A DNA stretch of 32,000 nt, from NCBI GenBank assembly GCA_963829115.1, contig CAWHHG010000002.1:1051233-1083232 (forward strand). The letters are read 5' to 3'. The position numbers and the translations under genes are program-made. The DNA is from an uncultured Chitinophagaceae bacterium (GTDB taxonomy: Bacteria; Bacteroidota; Bacteroidia; Chitinophagales; Chitinophagaceae). Each line of letters opens with the position of its first letter. Within the stretch, counting starts at the first letter, position 1. Below the pieces are notes generated by a model that was given only the letters and a program-made list of their open reading frames with translations, ran no database searches and was not told the origin of the DNA. Below are positions 27,065 through 32,000 of this stretch, in pieces.

Positions 27065-28567
27065 TTATTTATTTTGATTACTACGCGACTCTATCAGCTC
27101 CCTTGCCTTCAGGGATTTGAAATCAATTCCCTTTCTTATGGCTTCCGTTGTGGGCACTGACCAGACATCGGGCATAACACCTCTTCCATTCTTTTCTCTG
27201 TTTTTATTAATGACCAGTCTGAATTTGGGAAGCGTGAAACGGGTCTTGGAGTTGGGCAGGGTCACTTGTTCAATGACCCAGGCAGTATTGCCATAGTACC
27301 CTCCTCCTGTTTCTTCTCCGACAAGTGTAATATTCTTCTGTCCCTTCAAAAAACCGGCGAAGAGCGTGGTGGCGGAAAAAGAATTGCCGCCAATCAGGAT
27401 ATATACATCGCCATCAAAATGGTGGTTTTTCTTGGGTTTGAAATAATGTCTTTCAAAATATCCAAAATGATACTTGCCATCTTCACGCTTTTTTGTGATG
27501 AAGAGCATGAGGAGATGGTACATCCAGCTCTTAGAAATATATTTATCATACTTACTGCTCCTTGTAACCGCATAGAGTGAGTCTGCCAGCTTGAATTTTT
27601 TGTCAATCAGGTAGCGCGTGAGGAGAGAAGACAATCCGGCATCACCACCACCATTTGACCTCACATCAATGACAAGGTGCTGGATATTGCTCTCATCCAT
27701 CGTCTTGAAAGATTGCTTGAAAAATTTCTTCAAATGATTTCCGCGGTCAAAAGTCTGAAGACTCATATAAGCAGTGGAGAGGCCCGTATCCAATTGGAGG
27801 TTTGTGCTTGAAAAAAATACCAGTTGCGGGCGCTCTTTCTTTTTGTCACGTGGTTTCCTGTTTACAGTAAATCCCCATCGGTTCATGGTATCGTTCTTGA
27901 AATCGTAGAGAGGAACCTGGGAACGCCTCGGTATGCCCAGGGTGTCGATATATTCCAGCGCAAAGCTGTCGGACAAGCCATATACGTTTTTATACCAATT
28001 CGCAAAAGAGAACCCAGTACTGAGGCTTTGGTATTTTCCATTCAGGCTGTATCCATCCGTAATAACATAATTGAAGAGGCTGTCCCGCAGTTCTGCCTGA
28101 GAATGTCCATTGATGCTTTTAAGGACCACTCCTCTTTTCAGTATGGAATCTTTTCGGTTAAGGTTAGCCGTTACCACCATCGTGTCTGCCCACAATTTGA
28201 GACTGAGGGGAAAACTCTGCAATTTGGCAGTATCCAGGAAATGGCTATACGCCTTAGAAAATTTCGCAGCAGTGTGTCCGCAGCCGATCTTTGTAATGAC
28301 ATATGACAACAATGTTTTGAATGCAGGTTCGCTCATCGAATCCTTTATTTGCTCAAAGCCTTTGTTGAAATAATAATCCATAGAGTCTTTGGTTGTATAC
28401 CAATAAAGGCTGGGATGCGATTCCTGAAGGATATTCCTGAACAATTCATAATCTTCCCGCAGTTGGGATGGCGGGTATTTTACAGCAGGGTCAAAGACCT
28501 CCTTCGAAGCGGTGCAGGAGCTGATGACCAGGATTAAAAGAAGTAAATGATAAATAATTCTCTTCAT
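27065..28567 (-). CDS. S41-family serine peptidase (tail-specific protease-like)
   Basis: 500 aa with a signal or lipoprotein-like N-terminus (VISSC). VIDVRSNGGGD, GGNSFSATTLFAGFLK and LVGEETGGG. Confidence 0.8.
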   Translation of the reverse strand: MKRIIYHLLLLILVISSCTASKEVFDPAVKYPPSQLREDYELFRNILQESHPSLYWYTTKDSMDYYFNKGFEQIKDSMSEPAFKTLLSYVITKIGCGHTAAKFSKAYSHFLDTAKLQSFPLSLKLWADTMVVTANLNRKDSILKRGVVLKSINGHSQAELRDSLFNYVITDGYSLNGKYQSLSTGFSFANWYKNVYGLSDSFALEYIDTLGIPRRSQVPLYDFKNDTMNRWGFTVNRKPRDKKKERPQLVFFSSTNLQLDTGLSTAYMSLQTFDRGNHLKKFFKQSFKTMDESNIQHLVIDVRSNGGGDAGLSSLLTRYLIDKKFKLADSLYAVTRSSKYDKYISKSWMYHLLMLFITKKREDGKYHFGYFERHYFKPKKNHHFDGDVYILIGGNSFSATTLFAGFLKGQKNITLVGEETGGGYYGNTAWVIEQVTLPNSKTRFTLPKFRLVINKNREKNGRGVMPDVWSVPTTEAIRKGIDFKSLKARELIESRSNQNK

Positions 28568-28573
28568 AGGATA

Positions 28574-29011
28574 TTATTCCGGTTTTATAAGGGCGGATGA
28601 AATATATCGAAAGACCCTGGCTTTTTCTGGTTTTTGATCTCTCTGGGCAATATAATCATTGGGAATGCCACTGCCATCATAAAAAGAACCTTCCACCTTC
28701 AGCCGATACCCTCCTTCAGAATAAGCAGGGTATGTGGCGGGCAATTCGAGCCCGGGGTTTGCTGCTTCAAGCCATATATATTTCTCCTTGCCAGCACTTT
28801 CTCCATTCTTTTTATCTGACCATTTGATCCATTCCGCGCAATTGCAATTACGCTTCACAAAAACAAGCAACAAAGTATCTACTTTATCAGACAGGGCACC
28901 GGGCATATCGTAAGCATCCAGCTTCCTGTTGTGTTCCAGCCATTGGTAAATAAGTCCGGTGATAGAGAGGATGGTGAACGCTATAAATAGCCATTTGTTT
29001 CTGAATGTCAT
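28574..29011 (-). CDS. Hypothetical membrane-anchored protein
   Basis: 145-aa ORF with one N-terminal TM helix (WLFIAFTILSITGLIYQW). It is wedged between thiL and the S41 gene with 9- and 6-nt gaps. No family recognised. Confidence 0.5.
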   Translation of the reverse strand: MTFRNKWLFIAFTILSITGLIYQWLEHNRKLDAYDMPGALSDKVDTLLLVFVKRNCNCAEWIKWSDKKNGESAGKEKYIWLEAANPGLELPATYPAYSEGGYRLKVEGSFYDGSGIPNDYIAQRDQKPEKARVFRYISSALIKPE

Positions 29012-29020
29012 AAAATCGGA

Positions 29021-30061
29021 TTAAGCGTTGGGAGCAAATGCATTCCAACCCTGGGCCGTAATATCAAATTGATTTCCACCCTTAGTGATTATTTTTTTGC
29101 CTTTCTCTGGATCTGTCATATAGCCTATCACGCTGATCTTTTCATTCAGTACCAGTTTTTCATGATCAGCTTGTGAAACGGTAAAAAGAAGTTCATAGTC
29201 TTCCCCGCCACTGAGCGCGCAAGCCGTTGGGTCCAATTCAAATTTATATGCGGCCTGTCTTGTTTCTTCCGCCACAGGAATTTTATCTTCATAGATCACA
29301 CAGCCCAGGCCACTGTCATTGCAGATATGAAAGAGCTCGGAACTCAAACCGTCGCTGATATCCATCATGGATGTGGGCATGGTTTTCGACTGTTCAAGAA
29401 ACTCGACGATATCCCTGCGGGCCTCTGGTTTCAGCATCCTGCCAATCACATATTTTTCCCCTTCGAGGTCAGGTTTGATTTCAGGATTCTCCAAAAAAAT
29501 CTTCTTTTCCCTTTCCAGGAAAACCAAACCCAGGTATGCAGCGCCGAGGTCACCACTGCAACATATTAAGTCTCCTTTCCTTGCCGTACTCCTCTTTACA
29601 AATTTGCCCGGAGCCACTTCACCAATGGCAGTAACAGAAATAATGAATCCCCTTTGTGAAGAAGAAGTATCTCCGCCCACCAGGTCAACATCATATTCCT
29701 CGCAGGCCGCATACACACCATCGTAAAATTCTTCCAGCGCTTCCAGGCTGAACCTGTTGCTAAATGCAATGCTTAATGTGATTTGTGTGGGTATAGCATT
29801 CATCGCATAGACATCACTGAGGTTTACGATGACGCTTTTATATCCCAGGTGCTTGAGCGGAGTATAAATAAGATCAAAATGGATGCCTTCAATCAGCAGG
29901 TCGGTAGTGACTACGGTTTGTTTGCCAAAATGATCAATCACAGCAGCATCATCCCCCACGCCGACGATTGAAGAAGCATTCTTCAATTCAATGTTTCGGG
30001 TGAGGTGATCAATCAGACCGAATTCTCCGAGTGAGGATATTTCTGTTCTTTCCGTGGACAT
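29021..30061 (-). CDS. thiL: Thiamine-monophosphate kinase
   Basis: 346 aa. GEFGLIDHL, GVGDDAAV, TTDLLIEGIHF, GYKSVIVNLSDVYAMNA, GGDTS and DISDGL. Confidence 0.9.
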   Translation of the reverse strand: MSTERTEISSLGEFGLIDHLTRNIELKNASSIVGVGDDAAVIDHFGKQTVVTTDLLIEGIHFDLIYTPLKHLGYKSVIVNLSDVYAMNAIPTQITLSIAFSNRFSLEALEEFYDGVYAACEEYDVDLVGGDTSSSQRGFIISVTAIGEVAPGKFVKRSTARKGDLICCSGDLGAAYLGLVFLEREKKIFLENPEIKPDLEGEKYVIGRMLKPEARRDIVEFLEQSKTMPTSMMDISDGLSSELFHICNDSGLGCVIYEDKIPVAEETRQAAYKFELDPTACALSGGEDYELLFTVSQADHEKLVLNEKISVIGYMTDPEKGKKIITKGGNQFDITAQGWNAFAPNA

Positions 30062-30143
30062 ATTCTTCGGGCTTTGATTTTTGAATCAGGCTGCACAGTA
30101 TATTCAGCCAAAATTTCTTCCAACAAAATAGTTCGCATTCAAA

Positions 30144-30923
30144 TCAGAGCGCATCCTGGTTGTTAATTGCATTCAGCATTTCATCGTGGATTAATCCATT
30201 CGTAGCGAGGATATGTGGCTGATAGGGCGAATACCTCTCCCCTTTATAATCAGTTACCCGGCCTCCAGCTTCTTCCACGATCAGGAATCCTGCTGCACTA
30301 TCCCAGGCTTGTAGCTTATGCTCGTAAAATCCGTCAAAGCGGCCCGCAGCGACCCAACAGAGATCCATAGCCGCAGATCCAAGGCGCCGAACGGCAATGC
30401 CTTTGCGCACCAGCTTCGAAAACACTTCAAGGGGTCCATATGGTTGGTCAAGATAAGTGTAAGGGAATCCAGTTACCAGGCAGGCTTTGTCCACTGTACT
30501 CTCCTTACTGACCCGGATGATCTGGTCATTGAGTGTGGCGCCAAATCCTTTTTGGGCAAAATAGAATTCGTTTATAAAGGGATTGTATACAGCACCCATA
30601 ATGAGCTCGCCGTCCTGTTCCAACCCAATGGAAACACAACAAATGGGAATTCCATGCGCAAAATTGATGGTACCGTCGATCGGATCAATGATCCATTTAT
30701 AATTCGAATCCGTGACAATTTCCCCGGCCTCTTCACTCAATATATAATGCCCTGGAAATTCCTTTTTGATCGTTTCAAAAATCACCTTTTCAGACGCGTG
30801 ATCGGCTTCCGTCACCAGGTTATTCACACCTTCTTTATTTGAAATCTTAAAGGTTTTTTGGAAGAATTCCTGCATGACCCTGGCTCCTGCTTCTGTGGCT
30901 TTGATAAGCGTTGATTTTAACAT
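30144..30923 (-). CDS. Inositol monophosphatase family protein (SuhB-like)
   Basis: The ORF extends to 31088, but the family N-terminus is MLKSTLIKATEAGA (ATG 30923). TEADHASE, LSEE, WIIDPIDGTINF and WDSAAG are present. Confidence 0.85.
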   Translation of the reverse strand: MLKSTLIKATEAGARVMQEFFQKTFKISNKEGVNNLVTEADHASEKVIFETIKKEFPGHYILSEEAGEIVTDSNYKWIIDPIDGTINFAHGIPICCVSIGLEQDGELIMGAVYNPFINEFYFAQKGFGATLNDQIIRVSKESTVDKACLVTGFPYTYLDQPYGPLEVFSKLVRKGIAVRRLGSAAMDLCWVAAGRFDGFYEHKLQAWDSAAGFLIVEEAGGRVTDYKGERYSPYQPHILATNGLIHDEMLNAINNQDAL

Positions 30924-31107
30924 GGCGCAAAGATAAGAAAGCCAGAGCCTGCCCCGACCTGCGTACAGTAACGTTTGAATTATCCCATTTGTATCTCCGT
31001 GAACAAGTATGCCCGGTTTATTCCTCAAATCGCAAAAAAAATGTTCAACACCACACAAAACAGGTATTGAACATCTGTATCCTTTCATAGCCGTGCCGCC
31101 TTCAAGC

Positions 31108-31521
31108 TTAGATAGCCGGCCTCGCGACGAAAAGTGGCCTATAGTAATTCCGGTATGACCAAGCCAGGAACAAATGGGTAATGATCATGATCAGACTCAA
31201 TCCCGTCGGAAATCCTCCCGGGGCAAGGGCCGTGTGAAATAATAGAATGTTAATGGTAATTGGCATCAGGATGACCAACAATAACGGAGTGAAAAAGCCC
31301 AAAAGCAATAATGCTCCGGCCAGCACTTCAATCACCTTGATCATAGGGAAAAAATACCCTGATTGAAACAATCCGCCAACAAATGCCGCCGCTTTGCCTT
31401 CTGGCTGTGCGGATCCCGGGACAAAATGCAAAAAGAAATTGAGGCCAAAAACAAAATAAATCAGCCCCAGTAAAATTCTGGCAGCGATGACTGCCCTGTT
31501 GTTTGTTGTAGTTGATGACAT
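31108..31521 (-). CDS. DoxX-family membrane protein
   Basis: 137 aa, 4 TM helices. RILLGLIYFVFGLNFF...IEVLAGALLLLGFFTPL is the DoxX-like pattern. It lies 105 nt downstream of the arsR-like gene. Confidence 0.6.
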   Translation of the reverse strand: MSSTTTNNRAVIAARILLGLIYFVFGLNFFLHFVPGSAQPEGKAAAFVGGLFQSGYFFPMIKVIEVLAGALLLLGFFTPLLLVILMPITINILLFHTALAPGGFPTGLSLIMIITHLFLAWSYRNYYRPLFVARPAI

Positions 31522-31626
31522 AATCTGAATTTTTGTTGAATAATGATTTTCCCACCCCTCAGTTAGGATGAATTAGATTTATACATTTACATATTTATAA
31601 GTATCAATGGGTTCTGGCAAAAAAAA

Positions 31627-31908
31627 TTATTTTACAAGTTTATCCAAAAAATGCAGGTAGTCAGCCAGGGCCTCTTGATTCAAGTTGTACTTGTGGTTCC
31701 TTCCTTCCTTTTCTGCTTCAATCAGTCCAGCCTCAATTAAAATCTTGACATGATGTGAAATGGATGGTTGTGCAAGATCCAGTACATGCTGTATTTCCGA
31801 GCACTGTCCGCTTCCTCCCTTATTCGAGATATGGTGCAATATCTTAAGCCGGCTGATATCGCCCAGCGCTTTTGATATTTTCTCTATCTGTTTAATGTTT
31901 GGTGCCAA
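31627..31908 (-). CDS. ArsR/SmtB-family winged-helix transcriptional regulator
   Basis: KALGDISRLKILHHI......CSEI...LDLAQPSISHHVKILIEAGLI...EGRNHKY. The ORF has no in-frame ATG. Candidate TTG starts are at 31908 (giving APNIKQIEKISKALGD) and 31938 (track call), so the start is uncertain. Confidence 0.75.
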   Translation of the reverse strand: MAPNIKQIEKISKALGDISRLKILHHISNKGGSGQCSEIQHVLDLAQPSISHHVKILIEAGLIEAEKEGRNHKYNLNQEALADYLHFLDKLVK

Positions 31909-31916
31909 AAAATATA

Positions 31917-31938
31917 TTGATAAATGCAAATGTATCAA
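31917..31938. promoter_or_regulatory. Candidate ArsR-type operator: TTGATA-N10-TATCAA
   Basis: A perfect 6-bp inverted repeat (31917-31922 / 31933-31938) sits just upstream of the favoured TTG start of the arsR-like gene. A related motif occurs at 31578-31607. Confidence 0.35.
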
Positions 31939-32000
31939 TTTTATTTATCCCGCCCAAATTTTCTTCGGATAGTTAACATTTTACGAATCCTTTAAAAAAA

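Noticed and set aside
30924-31088. 55-codon N-terminal extension of the IMPase ORF (similar extensions at 8880-8978 for DegT and 992-1030 for ArsC-like)
   Set aside because: The extensions carry no family-conserved sequence. In each case an internal ATG gives the canonical family N-terminus.
1-32000. Search for CRISPR arrays, transposases, integrases, phage genes, toxin-antitoxin pairs or a defence island
   Set aside because: I saw no regularly spaced repeat array and no ORF with transposase, integrase, reverse-transcriptase or nuclease-NTPase defence hallmarks. The gene content is housekeeping and cell-envelope metabolism.

Overview
This window reads as ordinary core chromosome from a Bacteroidota-type bacterium. 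That assignment is inferred from the family mix (DUF1080, DUF3500, YkuD_2-type L,D-transpeptidase, rpoN, isolated dnaN), TAnnTTTG-like promoter boxes and the absence of Shine-Dalgarno sequences. I support about 33 protein-coding genes, tightly packed on both strands. They include an SPFH protein cut by the window edge, a UvrD/PcrA helicase, ferritin, a DegT-type aminotransferase, rpoN, dnaN, a yafV-like/nagA pair, thiL, an IMPase-family gene and an ArsR-DoxX pair. I found no rRNA, tRNA, CRISPR array, transposase, integrase or recognisable defence island, so I cannot point to a convincing new multi-gene system. The most unusual object is one 1018-aa ORF (9175-12231). It fuses a hydroxylysine-kinase-like (APH-fold) kinase, an M23 metallopeptidase module with intact zinc ligands, and a class-III PLP domain of the phospho-lyase type (ETNPPL/PHYKPL-like). 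This looks like a self-contained amino-alcohol catabolic unit with no defined bacterial substrate. The second notable item is a decayed recX gene in the ~770-bp gap beside dnaN (CDS-free apart from this remnant; three homopolymer-linked frameshifts plus a nonsense codon). Minor items are a thioredoxin-fold protein that lost both CxxC cysteines, two small ORFs (one absent from the ORF track), several non-coding repeat or hairpin structures, and a shared operator-like motif around the arsR-like gene. All family calls come from reading the translations by eye. No database search or computation was run.
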